Virus record (IMG/VR): IMGVR_UViG_3300002835_000092
DNA length: 64,000 nt
Direction: 5' to 3' (one strand)
Source: an uncultured virus (IMG/VR IMGVR_UViG_3300002835_000092)
Lineage: Duplodnaviria > Heunggongvirae > Uroviricota > Caudoviricetes
Shown: positions 20,627 to 31,490 of the stretch, in pieces
How positions within the stretch are numbered: position 1 is the first letter of the stretch
Layout of the letters: every line of letters starts with the position of its first letter
Position numbers and translations under genes: made by a program
The notes under the pieces: model-generated
Seen by the model: the letters and a program-made list of their open reading frames with translations, nothing else
What the model was told of the DNA's origin: nothing
The model's database searches: none

Positions 20627-21337
20627 ATGGAACAAATGATAAAAAATATAAAATCAAACTTTGAAAAACTCACTTTTGATGAAGATAAACATCAATATAG
20701 TGTAGATTCTATTAAACTAAAAGGTTCTGTATCATCAAAAATTGATAAATTTGTTGAGAAGGTAAACTTTGATGAAAAAGCTGAAAATAAAGCTATAAGA
20801 TTAGGAATATCAAAAGAATCTCTTTTAGCTCAATGGGAAGAGGAAAAAAATATAGCTTGTACTACAGGAAACAGAGTTCACTTATTTGGTGAACTCTACC
20901 CATTTAATAGAACTATGAAACCTTCTTGTCCTCAAGAAGTTGCTGTAACAAAATTTTGGAATGACCTTCCTTCTCATATAGTTCCTGCTTGTTTAGAATT
21001 AAGAATGTATCATTTATATTTTATGTTTGCTGGTACATCAGATATATTATTATTTGATACTATAAACAAAACTTTTATCATTGCTGATTATAAAACTAAT
21101 AAAGACTTATTTAAAAATTTTAAGAAAAAAACTTTATTAGCTCCTTTTGAAAGATTATTAGATTCTCCCTTTAATAAATATCAAATACAACTTTCTTTTT
21201 ATCAACTTCTATTTGAACAAACAGGATATAAAGTTTCATCAAGAAAAGTTATTTGGTTATTAAAAACAGGAGAATATATTATGTATGATTGTGAAAATCT
21301 TACAAAAGAATTGCTCCAAGAATTAAATAAAGAATAA
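20627..21337 (+). CDS. PD-(D/E)xK nuclease
   Basis: GNRVH, AGTSDILL, IADYKTNK, YQIQLSFY. Confidence 0.8.
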   Translation: MEQMIKNIKSNFEKLTFDEDKHQYSVDSIKLKGSVSSKIDKFVEKVNFDEKAENKAIRLGISKESLLAQWEEEKNIACTTGNRVHLFGELYPFNRTMKPSCPQEVAVTKFWNDLPSHIVPACLELRMYHLYFMFAGTSDILLFDTINKTFIIADYKTNKDLFKNFKKKTLLAPFERLLDSPFNKYQIQLSFYQLLFEQTGYKVSSRKVIWLLKTGEYIMYDCENLTKELLQELNKE

Positions 21338-21338
21338 G

Positions 21339-22052
21339 ATGGCAAATACAATAGGAGAATTAATTGAAAGAGTACAATCTGCTTATTCTAAAGGAGTAAG
21401 GAGTGATGATTCTCGTTTATCTAATAGACATATTTACAGTAAACTTAAAACTGTAAGAAATAAATTAATTTCTCAACAGCTTAAAAAAAGACAAAAGATA
21501 AGTGATTGGAATTTTGTTATACTGCCTTGTGTTGAATTAATTCAAGTTGAAAAACATGATTGTCCTTGTTTACCTCCTATTGGTTGTAAAGTGTATAGAA
21601 CAAAAGAAAAATTACCTAAAGTTTTAACTGATTTGGATAAACATATCATTCAATGGGTTATGACTATTGAAAGTAGTAAAATCATTACTGAAACAACAAG
21701 AGAAGCATATTTATATTCAGATGGTAATAAATATACTAAAAAGAATATGAATTATATTTTAGAAAATGGATATATTTATGTTTATGGAGAACATGTACCA
21801 AAATTAATTAAAATTAAATTATTACCTGAAAATCCAATTGAAGCATATAATTTTCCATCTTATTGTAAACAAGATTGTACAGATTGTGAAGATGATTGTG
21901 GTAGTATGTTAGACAAAATATTTCCTATGGATGGAGATATGATAGAAACATTATTAGAAATGTCTTTTCCAGAATTAATAAATATTTTTTCTCAAATGAC
22001 AGAAGATATAACAAATAACACATCTGACACAAATGATAAAAACAGACAGTAA
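21339..22052 (+). CDS. Putative tail ring protein
   Basis: Synteny in the crAss-like tail block; LPCVELI motif. Confidence 0.5.
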   Translation: MANTIGELIERVQSAYSKGVRSDDSRLSNRHIYSKLKTVRNKLISQQLKKRQKISDWNFVILPCVELIQVEKHDCPCLPPIGCKVYRTKEKLPKVLTDLDKHIIQWVMTIESSKIITETTREAYLYSDGNKYTKKNMNYILENGYIYVYGEHVPKLIKIKLLPENPIEAYNFPSYCKQDCTDCEDDCGSMLDKIFPMDGDMIETLLEMSFPELINIFSQMTEDITNNTSDTNDKNRQ

Positions 22053-22518
22053 TATTAGAAAAAGTTATAGATTATATAAACAATTACATACTAAAGAAGA
22101 CAATCATTTAATAGTAGATATTAAAACTTACATAGATATAGCAAATAAATATAATAAATTTTTACTGGATAAAGTTTTAGATGGAGAAGAAGTAACTTTA
22201 CCTGCTAAAATGGGTACAATTTATATCAGAGGTAGTAAACAAAAAATCAGATTTGATGAAAATGGTTTACCTTTGTTAGCTCCTGATTGGACAAAAACAT
22301 TAGCTTATTGGAAAAATAATCCTCAAGCTAAAGAAGATAAAAAATTATTATATTGTACTAATGAACATACTGATGGAGTAAGATATAAAATTATTTGGTC
22401 TAAAAAAAGAATTATGGTTGAAAATAAAACTCTTTACAGTTTAAGATTAACCAGAACTAATAAGAGAAATATAAGTGCTACTATTAAAAAAGGAAAAGAA
22501 TATCTAATTAAAAAATAA
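22033..22518 (+). CDS. IHF-like protein (crAss-like tail block)
   Basis: GEEVTLPAKMGTIYI; PDWTKT; NEHTDG. Confidence 0.6.
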   Translation: MIKTDSNIRKSYRLYKQLHTKEDNHLIVDIKTYIDIANKYNKFLLDKVLDGEEVTLPAKMGTIYIRGSKQKIRFDENGLPLLAPDWTKTLAYWKNNPQAKEDKKLLYCTNEHTDGVRYKIIWSKKRIMVENKTLYSLRLTRTNKRNISATIKKGKEYLIKK

Positions 22519-22523
22519 ATATT

Positions 22524-22805
22524 ATGTCAGCATTAGAAACAAGTAAAGCAATTGAATCAGCAGAATTTGAAGGTAAAAGAGAATTTAAGTTACCAGAAGG
22601 AGCAACTATTATTAAAAATAGTCATACCATAAGTGTAAGAGAAATCGAAAATGGTTTTATATTGAGAAAATCTTATGATATAAAATGGATGTTAGGAGAT
22701 GATTCAAACTATGAATATTTCAGTAAAGAATGGTGGTCTAAAGAAAACCCTTTAAAAATAACAATGCCTAAAGAAGAAAAATCTTTAGCTGATAAATTAG
22801 ATTAA
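22524..22805 (+). CDS. Hypothetical protein
   Basis: ORF in the operon. Confidence 0.6.
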   Translation: MSALETSKAIESAEFEGKREFKLPEGATIIKNSHTISVREIENGFILRKSYDIKWMLGDDSNYEYFSKEWWSKENPLKITMPKEEKSLADKLD

Positions 22806-22806
22806 T

Positions 22807-23775
22807 ATGCAAAAATTTCAGTTTGTAAAAATAGATTCAATCCTTGCTAAATTTCAAAGAGATTTTAAAGGTCTTGATATAAATGAAGATGATGCTATTG
22901 AATGGATAGGAGAAGCATTAGGTTTTATGAAAATAGTTAGTGCATCAGAAGAAGCTATTGCTTTCATTGAAGTAAAAAACTATCATGCTTCTATACCACC
23001 TGGTCTTCATTATATAACTCAAATAGCAAGAAATAATGATTGGGAAAAACCAGAAGACACAAATAGTTGTGCATCTAATACTATTGCTCAAATTGAAACA
23101 GAAATTAATTGTTGTAATGAACAACCTAAACATTTATCAAATGAACAAGTTTCAGTTACATGGGATGAAGAACAATCTCAATATGTAGTGGAATTAAATT
23201 TACCATTATCTTTTCAAAATTGGATTGGTTCAACATATAAAAAAACTAAATATACTCCTGTAAGATTAGCTAATCATTCTTTTTTAAATACATTAGTTTG
23301 TAAAGAAAAGGATATGGAAGATGTGTATTGTAGAGATTGTGATGATAGAGATGAATATACAATAGTACAAGACCAATTGAGATTTAATTTTAAAAGTGGT
23401 CTTATAGCTTTAGCATATATTAGACAAATGATTGATTCTGAAACTGGTTATCCAATGATACCTGATGATGAATCAGCAAGAGCAGCTATTACTTATTATC
23501 TTGGTTGGAAAGTAAAAGAAACAGAAGCATGGAATCATAGAGAAGGTGCTATGCAACTTGCTCAAATAGCTGAACAACATTGGTTAAAATATATTAAGCA
23601 GTTTAAAAATAAAGCTAAAATGCCTACAGGTGTGGACCAATATCAAAATTTAATGGAACAATCAAATTATTTGATTCCTAATCATAATAGATATTATGGT
23701 TTCTTTGGTAAATTAGGTACTGCTGAAAATAGAACATTTAATGGTTCAAGAAAAATAACAAACTATGCGAGATAA
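22807..23775 (+). CDS. Tail tubular/ring protein (P22 gp4-like)
   Basis: IEWIGEAL, GYPMIPDDES motifs; precedes the muzzle gene as in crAss-like phages. Confidence 0.65.
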   Translation: MQKFQFVKIDSILAKFQRDFKGLDINEDDAIEWIGEALGFMKIVSASEEAIAFIEVKNYHASIPPGLHYITQIARNNDWEKPEDTNSCASNTIAQIETEINCCNEQPKHLSNEQVSVTWDEEQSQYVVELNLPLSFQNWIGSTYKKTKYTPVRLANHSFLNTLVCKEKDMEDVYCRDCDDRDEYTIVQDQLRFNFKSGLIALAYIRQMIDSETGYPMIPDDESARAAITYYLGWKVKETEAWNHREGAMQLAQIAEQHWLKYIKQFKNKAKMPTGVDQYQNLMEQSNYLIPNHNRYYGFFGKLGTAENRTFNGSRKITNYAR

Positions 23776-26700
23776 TAATACAGTAATTCAACCTGGAGGA
23801 TTAAGTACAGATACCTCTTATGTAAATCAACCTCAAGGAGCAACTACATTTGTTTTAAATGGAGTAAATGAAACAGTTGAAGGAGATAAAGGTTTCATTG
23901 CTAATGAAGAATCTAATGAACCATGTTATCCTATACCTCAAGGTTTTACACCAATAGGTAAAGTTTATATTGGTAATGATGAAACATTATTGTTTTTATG
24001 TTCAACTAATGGTGATTCAATGTTAGCAATAGTTGATAGAGAATGTAATTTTTCTATTCAAGTAAGTGATGTAAATCAAACTGAAAAATTTGGATTTAAA
24101 ATAAGTCAGCAAATTGATGCAACTTTTAGATTGAGAAAAGGTTGTGAAAGAGTTATATATTGGATTGACCCTAAACCAAGAATATTTATATTAGAAAAAC
24201 CAGAAAAGTTTCAAGATAATAATACAGGAGATTGGGATATTTCAAAATTCAATTTATTTAAAATTTATAAAACAATACCTAATTTTGATGAAATTGAAGT
24301 ATTAAATAATGGAGGTAACTTATTATCAGGCAGTTATAATTTTTCTATTCAATATTTAGATGAGGATTTGAATCCTACAGAATTTATAACAAGTAGTGAA
24401 ACAGTTCAAGTATATAATAGTGATTTTACATTACCTTTTAAAGATATAAGAGGTTCTACAAATACAGTAACAGAATATCAAAATTTTGGAAGGTCAGATA
24501 AAGCTATAAAAGTAGTATTATCTAATTTAGATGAAACTTTTCCTTTCTATAGATTAGCTATTACAGAAGCTACAGGTGGTACAGGACAAATTACTGATAC
24601 TAAATTTACACAAGAAATTTCTACTCAAAATAATGTGTTTACATATACAGGAAATAATTTTGAATCTTCTGGTACACAATCAGATGTATTAGTATTTAAA
24701 AATATTATAGAGAAAGCAGAAAGTATTGAACAAGTAGAAAATACATTATTATTAGGAAATGTAAAAGGTAAAGAAGTAAATTTATGTAATCTACAAAAAT
24801 ATGCCAGTAAAATCTGTGCTGATATGGTTACAAAAAAAGTAGCTTTAAATAACTTAATAGAGGGTAATAGTAAACATGCTTCTGTTAATTTAGAAGGATT
24901 AGGTTACATGCCAGGAGAAATATATTCTTTTGGTATTGTATATATATTTGATGATAATACTTTAACTCCTGTTTATCATATACCAGGAAAAAGCAATTTG
25001 ATTGCAGCAGATACTATATTTGATGCTGGTCAAAACATATATCCTATGGCACTTAATAACACAAGTGCTGATAATGAATATACTGATAATGATAGTTGTG
25101 GAGGAATTAATTATTGGGGAGTAGATTCAGAAGGTACACAATTAACAGGTCAATTAGTAAGACATCATAGATTTCCATTAAGAACAGATGTTAATATACC
25201 ATTAATAGAAAGAATTAGCTCAAACTCAACAACAAATGTATTTAAAAGAATAAAGGTAAATATTGCAGGAAGTATTCCTACACCTACAACTTGTCCATTA
25301 GAAGATGAACCAGGATATGACCCAGCTTGTGTACCTATAGTTGCTAATACATTTCAGTATCAAATTAATTATACTAAAGATGGTGCAACAGAATTAAATG
25401 AATTTATAGGACAAGTTAGACCTTCTGATTATGCAAGTAGTAATCCTTCATATATAATATCTGAAAATGATTATTCTAATATAATAGTTGCTGCATTAGT
25501 AACTTTTATAACTCTTGATGAAAGTCAAGAGAATGGAGATATATTAAGAATTACTGGTACACTTTCAGGAGGAGTTTTTACAGCTACTTCTACAAATGGA
25601 GATTTATTAAGTCCTACAACAGGATTACCTACAGGTACTATAAAACCAGGTAGAAATTTAACTTATACAATATCATTATCAAATGATGTAGTTGAAACTA
25701 AAGATGAACAATTTACTTCTGATATTTTTGGTATTCATTTTTCTAATATAGAAATTCCTTCTGAATTGGAATTAAATGGTAATAAAATAGTAGGTTATTA
25801 CATTGTAAGAAATGAAAGAATTGAAGATGAAAAAACTATATTAGATAGTGCAGTTTTAACTTCAACTATACAAAATGCACAATTTGTATCTTCTGGTTTA
25901 TTGATGCCAGAATTGAGTAATGATGCAAGAGTTAAAAAAGATATAGTAAGTTTAATTAATCCAGAGTTTAAATTCAATGATAAAAAATATAAAAATGTAA
26001 CTAAAATAATTCAACAAGGTAGTTTTACAAGACATGAAGCTATTCATAGTAGAACAAAAATCATTGATGTTCAAGATGGTAATTCATATCAAAGTGGTAT
26101 GAAAGATGCTGAAAATGGTAGATTTCAAGGTAATGGTAATAATGGTCCTGATGGATTTCTATTACAAATAAAAACAAGAGATAATATTACTGATTTTGCA
26201 AATAAAAATTCTTTTGAAATTGATGCTTCAAAAATCAAAGAAATATTTTATTTACCAGCTTTAGGAGATAAATTAATACAGGATTCAAATGATGTAGGTG
26301 TAGATGTATTTAATCTTGGTTGTGATAACAAAGTAGGTATAATGTCATTAAATGAAAATATTACCTTTCCTATTGTAAATGATGTACCTTATGTGTATTT
26401 GATAAAAGATAATGCTAATCCATATAATAATTTTAGATTAACACCTTATTACAAAGAAACAAAAAATCCTATATATTTTACTTCCACAGAATCAAAATGT
26501 GATGTATTTAATGGGGATAGTTATATAACACCTTTGAGATATACAAATAGTATATTTTATAATAATAGATTAAGAAAAAGAGCTGCTAAAACTTCTGTAT
26601 GGAATTATATAGTAGCAGGATTACTTGTTATAGTTGCTGTAGTAATTGCTATCTTTACTTGGGGAGCAGGAACAGCAGGAAGTATAGCTTTAATTGGTGT

Positions 26701-29650
26701 AGCAGCAGCTATGGTAGGTGGAGCAGCAGCACTTGTAGCTTCTGGTATAAAACAAGATGCTTGGGCAAGAGCATATAGTGATTTATATGATAAAGGTTTA
26801 AGAGAAACAATAGTAGATAATTATATTCTATATGATTCAGACCCTAATAATGGAGAACAAAGAGGTTTTGCTAAAAATCCACCAGATGATGAAATTCAAT
26901 GGTTAGGAGAATGTTTAAATTTATGGTTTGAATCTAATGTAAATATGAATTTAAGACAAGGTGCTACTGATAATACACCTGACTTTCTTAATGCTCCTGG
27001 TAATAGAGAATTAGGAACTTCTTATGGAGAATGGGATGAAGAATACTTTGGAATACATTCAGTTGGTTCAAGAGAAATTGCTCCTACAAATTCTTTAGAT
27101 ATTCACATGGTTAAAAAATTAACTTATTTAAATAGTGGTAGAAAAGGAGGTAAATCATATATAGGATTAGCATTAGCTGAAATATATCAAATCAATCAAG
27201 ATTATAAAAGAAGAAACAAAGAAAAAATATATAACCATTTACCATTAGAATATGATTGCTGTTCAGATTGTACTGAAACTTTTCCTCATAGACTACATTG
27301 GTCTCAACAAGCATTTCAAGAAGAATTAACAGATAATTTTAGAAACTTTTTACCAAACAATTATAAAGATATTGAAGGAGAAACAGGAGTAATAACTGAT
27401 TTATTCAGAATACAAAATAATCTTTATATTCATACAGAAGAAGCATTATGGCATCAACCACAAAATTTTCAAGAAAGAGTAACAGATAATATCATTTCTT
27501 TCATTGGAACAGGAGAATATTTTAATATACCACCAAGAAAAATTGTTGATGATAATAATAGTTCTTCTGGTAATACTCATAAATGGGGTAGATTGAAAAC
27601 AAAAAATGGAGTATTGTTTCCTTGTCATAAAGAGAAAAAATGGTACTTGTTTAATGGGCAATCTCTTCAACCAATTTCTGATACATACAACTCTAATTAT
27701 TTTAGAGAAAATATGAAATTTAGAATGGCTGAAAGTTATTATAATGCTAATCATATTAATTATCCATATAATAATAATCCATCAAATCCTATTGGTGTTG
27801 GTTATATATCTACTTATGATACTAAAAAAGAAAGATTGATTATAACTAAAAAAGATTTTGATATTGCTGGTTTACCTGATGGAGATTATCAATTATGCAA
27901 TGAAGGTTTAGGAACAGTAATATTTCCTAACTTGTCTCAAATTATTGCTAATAGATTAGCTAATGGTTGGAATTATATTGGTGTAGAGAATTGTAAATTA
28001 AAATTTGAAAAAACAGTAATAGAAACAAGAATAGAAATAAGAACAATAACTACTAATGTTCCTAATAATAGTGATATAGTTATACAGTTTGATAGGTCTG
28101 GTAGTTTTGGTAATGCAGGAGTTGCTAATGTCAAAGTAGCTGTATTAGCTTGGTTTACTCAATTTAAAATTGATAATCCAACATTTACAGGAAGATTGAT
28201 TTATGTTTTAGCTGTTGAAAGATGTAGTGGTCAAGCATGGTTGAGTGTATTAAGATGGTTACAAAACAGTCAGCAAATATTTTTAGTAGATAATTCAGCA
28301 AATCCTTTAGTTGGTGTAGAAACACCAATAACTAATTTTAATACTATAAGTAGAAACATAATCATAGTTTCTACTGTAAATGAAGCAGCTATTAATAATT
28401 GTGGAGGTACTGGGGAATATCATACAAGTGGTATTAGTAATCCTACAGATGCTCCTTCTACAGAATATATTAATGATTTTAATGATTACAATACAAGATA
28501 TGATGCATTAATTGCTGCTGGATATAGTATTCATGGATTACAATACCCTATTGTTTATACAAGTATTCCTGGTCCTACAAGAGGTATGTTACAACATAGT
28601 ATATCTGCTATTACAGGTAGAACATTAAATGCAACGGAATTAGCTTTTTTAACAGCTAATATTAATCCTTTTGTTCCAACAGGAGATTATGCTTTATTAT
28701 TAACAGCATTAGCAGGAGTAAATCCATATCCATCAGGTTTAAGTCAAAGAAATTGGCAATATAAACATACAAGGGGTTGGGATGGTACTGGAGATATAAT
28801 TACTCCTTTACAATTTGCTACCGATATAAATGGTTTTCTTGGAAGTTTAACTACAACAACACAAGTTGAAGTAGAAGTACAAGTACCAGTAATGACTTAT
28901 GAATATGAGAATGGTATTCCATTAGAAACTAATTTATTAAACAATAGTTTTACAATGAGTTATTCATTGAAAGATACAAAATGGATTTCTTGGCATTCAT
29001 ATTTACCAAGTTTCTATATGCATGTTCAAGAGAAGTTTTATTCTTGGAGAGAAGGTTTATCAAATATTTGGAGACATGGTAGAAAGAATCATTATCAGAA
29101 TTTCTATGGAGAAAGACATCCTTTTATAATAGAGTATGTTGATAATTCAAATGCTTTGATTAGTAAAATATATGATGCAATCAAATTTCAAACAGAAGCA
29201 AAACAGTATGATATTGCTACAGATAGTTATGTTGATAAAAGATATATAACTTTTAATAAAGTGATGGCTTATAATACCCATCAAATAAGTGGTATTCTTG
29301 ATATGCTGGTAAAAGATGTTGATTTAGAATATATGAACAATCAAGTAGAAAATTCAGCAGGATTTATTAATCTTGATAGAAATGAAAGAGATTGGTGCAT
29401 TAATGATTTAAGAGATTTGTCTGTAAATCCTAATGTATCTATATTCAATAAAAACTTAACAAGTTTACAAGCAGATTATTTTATAGATAAAATAGTTAAT
29501 AGTAATAGAATTGACTATAATAAAGATTGGACTGAAATGGAAAGTTTTAGAGATAAATTCTTGGTGGTTAGATTGATATTTGATACCTTTGACACCACAA
29601 GATTAATTATGAACTTCTCTGTACAGGATTCAAAAGTATCTGAAAGATAG
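23765..29650 (+). CDS. Tail stabilization/muzzle protein (P22 gp10-like) with vWA insertion
   Basis: 1961 aa; GYMPGEIYSFGIVY, FNGDSYI, WISWHSYLP; internal DRSGS MIDAS motif. Confidence 0.7.
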   Translation: MRDNNTVIQPGGLSTDTSYVNQPQGATTFVLNGVNETVEGDKGFIANEESNEPCYPIPQGFTPIGKVYIGNDETLLFLCSTNGDSMLAIVDRECNFSIQVSDVNQTEKFGFKISQQIDATFRLRKGCERVIYWIDPKPRIFILEKPEKFQDNNTGDWDISKFNLFKIYKTIPNFDEIEVLNNGGNLLSGSYNFSIQYLDEDLNPTEFITSSETVQVYNSDFTLPFKDIRGSTNTVTEYQNFGRSDKAIKVVLSNLDETFPFYRLAITEATGGTGQITDTKFTQEISTQNNVFTYTGNNFESSGTQSDVLVFKNIIEKAESIEQVENTLLLGNVKGKEVNLCNLQKYASKICADMVTKKVALNNLIEGNSKHASVNLEGLGYMPGEIYSFGIVYIFDDNTLTPVYHIPGKSNLIAADTIFDAGQNIYPMALNNTSADNEYTDNDSCGGINYWGVDSEGTQLTGQLVRHHRFPLRTDVNIPLIERISSNSTTNVFKRIKVNIAGSIPTPTTCPLEDEPGYDPACVPIVANTFQYQINYTKDGATELNEFIGQVRPSDYASSNPSYIISENDYSNIIVAALVTFITLDESQENGDILRITGTLSGGVFTATSTNGDLLSPTTGLPTGTIKPGRNLTYTISLSNDVVETKDEQFTSDIFGIHFSNIEIPSELELNGNKIVGYYIVRNERIEDEKTILDSAVLTSTIQNAQFVSSGLLMPELSNDARVKKDIVSLINPEFKFNDKKYKNVTKIIQQGSFTRHEAIHSRTKIIDVQDGNSYQSGMKDAENGRFQGNGNNGPDGFLLQIKTRDNITDFANKNSFEIDASKIKEIFYLPALGDKLIQDSNDVGVDVFNLGCDNKVGIMSLNENITFPIVNDVPYVYLIKDNANPYNNFRLTPYYKETKNPIYFTSTESKCDVFNGDSYITPLRYTNSIFYNNRLRKRAAKTSVWNYIVAGLLVIVAVVIAIFTWGAGTAGSIALIGVAAAMVGGAAALVASGIKQDAWARAYSDLYDKGLRETIVDNYILYDSDPNNGEQRGFAKNPPDDEIQWLGECLNLWFESNVNMNLRQGATDNTPDFLNAPGNRELGTSYGEWDEEYFGIHSVGSREIAPTNSLDIHMVKKLTYLNSGRKGGKSYIGLALAEIYQINQDYKRRNKEKIYNHLPLEYDCCSDCTETFPHRLHWSQQAFQEELTDNFRNFLPNNYKDIEGETGVITDLFRIQNNLYIHTEEALWHQPQNFQERVTDNIISFIGTGEYFNIPPRKIVDDNNSSSGNTHKWGRLKTKNGVLFPCHKEKKWYLFNGQSLQPISDTYNSNYFRENMKFRMAESYYNANHINYPYNNNPSNPIGVGYISTYDTKKERLIITKKDFDIAGLPDGDYQLCNEGLGTVIFPNLSQIIANRLANGWNYIGVENCKLKFEKTVIETRIEIRTITTNVPNNSDIVIQFDRSGSFGNAGVANVKVAVLAWFTQFKIDNPTFTGRLIYVLAVERCSGQAWLSVLRWLQNSQQIFLVDNSANPLVGVETPITNFNTISRNIIIVSTVNEAAINNCGGTGEYHTSGISNPTDAPSTEYINDFNDYNTRYDALIAAGYSIHGLQYPIVYTSIPGPTRGMLQHSISAITGRTLNATELAFLTANINPFVPTGDYALLLTALAGVNPYPSGLSQRNWQYKHTRGWDGTGDIITPLQFATDINGFLGSLTTTTQVEVEVQVPVMTYEYENGIPLETNLLNNSFTMSYSLKDTKWISWHSYLPSFYMHVQEKFYSWREGLSNIWRHGRKNHYQNFYGERHPFIIEYVDNSNALISKIYDAIKFQTEAKQYDIATDSYVDKRYITFNKVMAYNTHQISGILDMLVKDVDLEYMNNQVENSAGFINLDRNERDWCINDLRDLSVNPNVSIFNKNLTSLQADYFIDKIVNSNRIDYNKDWTEMESFRDKFLVVRLIFDTFDTTRLIMNFSVQDSKVSER

Positions 29651-29684
29651 TAAATATTAATTTGTAAAAAAATTCATTTTCATT

Positions 29685-31487
29685 ATGAAAAAAAAATGTG
29701 CTACAAAAAAGAAATATGGTTATGGTTCAAGTGGAGTTGGTAGTAACTATATAGAAAATCCTGCTACAACTATAGCTAAAGGAGATATAATGAATGCAGA
29801 AGCAGAAAGAAAAGCTGCTAACAATCCCTGGATTCCTATTACTTTAATGGCTGGTCAATTGGCTTCTACAGCTATTTCTGCTGGAGCAGGAAAAAGTGGT
29901 AGTGCATCAAGTAAAAGTCCTCAAATATCAGGAGAAGGATTAGCTCCTGATGCAATACCTGCTTCTAATAATTTTAATTCAGGAACTTTTATGTCTCCAC
30001 AGCAACAATCTGTATTTGAAGATAGAACTATAGCAGCTATGGGAAATAACAATGCTTCTGGTCCTATTGAAGTAGAAGGTGAAGAAGTTATTGAAACACC
30101 AGCAGGAGAAGTAGCAGAAGTCAAAGGTGCATCACATGAAGAAGGAGGAGTAGATATGAATGTTCCAGAAGGAACTAAAATATACTCTAAAAGAATTGAG
30201 AAGTTTGGTGAAACTATGGCTGAAAGAAAAAAAGTCAGAGAAAAAAAACTAACCAATCTTAATAAATTATTAGAAAATTCTAAAGGGGATATTGCTGTAA
30301 AAAATGCTCATGCAAGAAGTGTTGAAGCACTTAATGAACAAGAACAAGCTGATTTACAAACTCAAGAAATGTATGGAGTTATGGCTGCTGTACAAGAGTA
30401 TGCTTTTGGTACAGATGAGAATGGTGTTAGAAAATATTGGAATGGAGGAGAAGTGGAATTTGATGAATTTGGTAATCCTATTCCAAATAAAAATATTTTC
30501 AACATTAAAAATCAAATTATTACTCCAGGTGTAGTTGGTACTGGAAAATCAGTAAATAAAAAATATGCTACTGTTGAGAATAAACCAAATTCACCATTAC
30601 CAACTTTTGCTAATAACTTTGGAGAAAGTTTACCAGCAAGTAAAGATTATGGTGCAGGAGATTTTATAAAAGGATTTGATAAAGGTGAACCTGATACAAT
30701 ATCTTTAACTGATGAACAAGTATTAAACAAGAATGGTAAATATGATGGTTATTCTCATCCTGAATTAGCACCAGAAAAACAAACTGTAGATAAACCAGGT
30801 AGTGTAGCAAGTAGATTTATAGATGGTGCTGGAAAATTTGTAGATAAATCAGGTTTTGAAATGCCTGGTACTGGAGATTTAGTTGGTATTGCTGGAGATT
30901 TAATATCTACATTTAGTCCAATGAAAAATACTTTAGAAAATAGAGCAGGAGATACACCTAATATAAATGCTTATAAAGATTTTGGTAAAGATGCATTAGA
31001 AGCCAATTTAGCTGCTATGGAAATGAGTGCTGGTCAAAAAGCAGAATCATTAAGAAAAATAACAGCAAGTGCTAATGGTGCTAAAAGAATTGGTAGAAAT
31101 TCAGCAAGAGGTATTAACCAAATGAGAGCATTAGATTTAGCAACTGATATAAATGCTAATGAAGCAAATCAAGGTGCTGTTGATAGTTTTCAAAGAACAA
31201 TGCAAGAATTACTTGGACAAAAAGCTGGTTTAGAAAACCAACAAGACCAAGCTGTAATGAGTGGAGAACAAGAAAGAGATTTGAATGATAGAAAAGATAG
31301 AGATAATTTTTATACTCAATTAGGTAAAGATAAATCTACTATGGGAGAAGGAGTTCAAAATATTGGTAAAGATTTGAATGCTATGAAGCAAAATAAAATG
31401 ATGACAAATGTTATCAATCAATTATCTAAATATGGATTAGCTTTTGATGAAAAAGGTAATCTAATTGAAAAACCTAAAACAACATAA
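29685..31487 (+). CDS. Virion cargo/ejection protein
   Basis: IEVEGEEVI...GASHEEGGV motif recalled from crAss-like cargo proteins; Ala/Gly-rich. Confidence 0.6.
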   Translation: MKKKCATKKKYGYGSSGVGSNYIENPATTIAKGDIMNAEAERKAANNPWIPITLMAGQLASTAISAGAGKSGSASSKSPQISGEGLAPDAIPASNNFNSGTFMSPQQQSVFEDRTIAAMGNNNASGPIEVEGEEVIETPAGEVAEVKGASHEEGGVDMNVPEGTKIYSKRIEKFGETMAERKKVREKKLTNLNKLLENSKGDIAVKNAHARSVEALNEQEQADLQTQEMYGVMAAVQEYAFGTDENGVRKYWNGGEVEFDEFGNPIPNKNIFNIKNQIITPGVVGTGKSVNKKYATVENKPNSPLPTFANNFGESLPASKDYGAGDFIKGFDKGEPDTISLTDEQVLNKNGKYDGYSHPELAPEKQTVDKPGSVASRFIDGAGKFVDKSGFEMPGTGDLVGIAGDLISTFSPMKNTLENRAGDTPNINAYKDFGKDALEANLAAMEMSAGQKAESLRKITASANGAKRIGRNSARGINQMRALDLATDINANEANQGAVDSFQRTMQELLGQKAGLENQQDQAVMSGEQERDLNDRKDRDNFYTQLGKDKSTMGEGVQNIGKDLNAMKQNKMMTNVINQLSKYGLAFDEKGNLIEKPKTT

Positions 31488-31490
31488 GAA

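Noticed and set aside
20627..21337. Cas4 of a CRISPR-Cas system
   Set aside because: No other cas genes or array, and no clear four-Cys Fe-S cluster; a solo PD-(D/E)xK nuclease is normal here.
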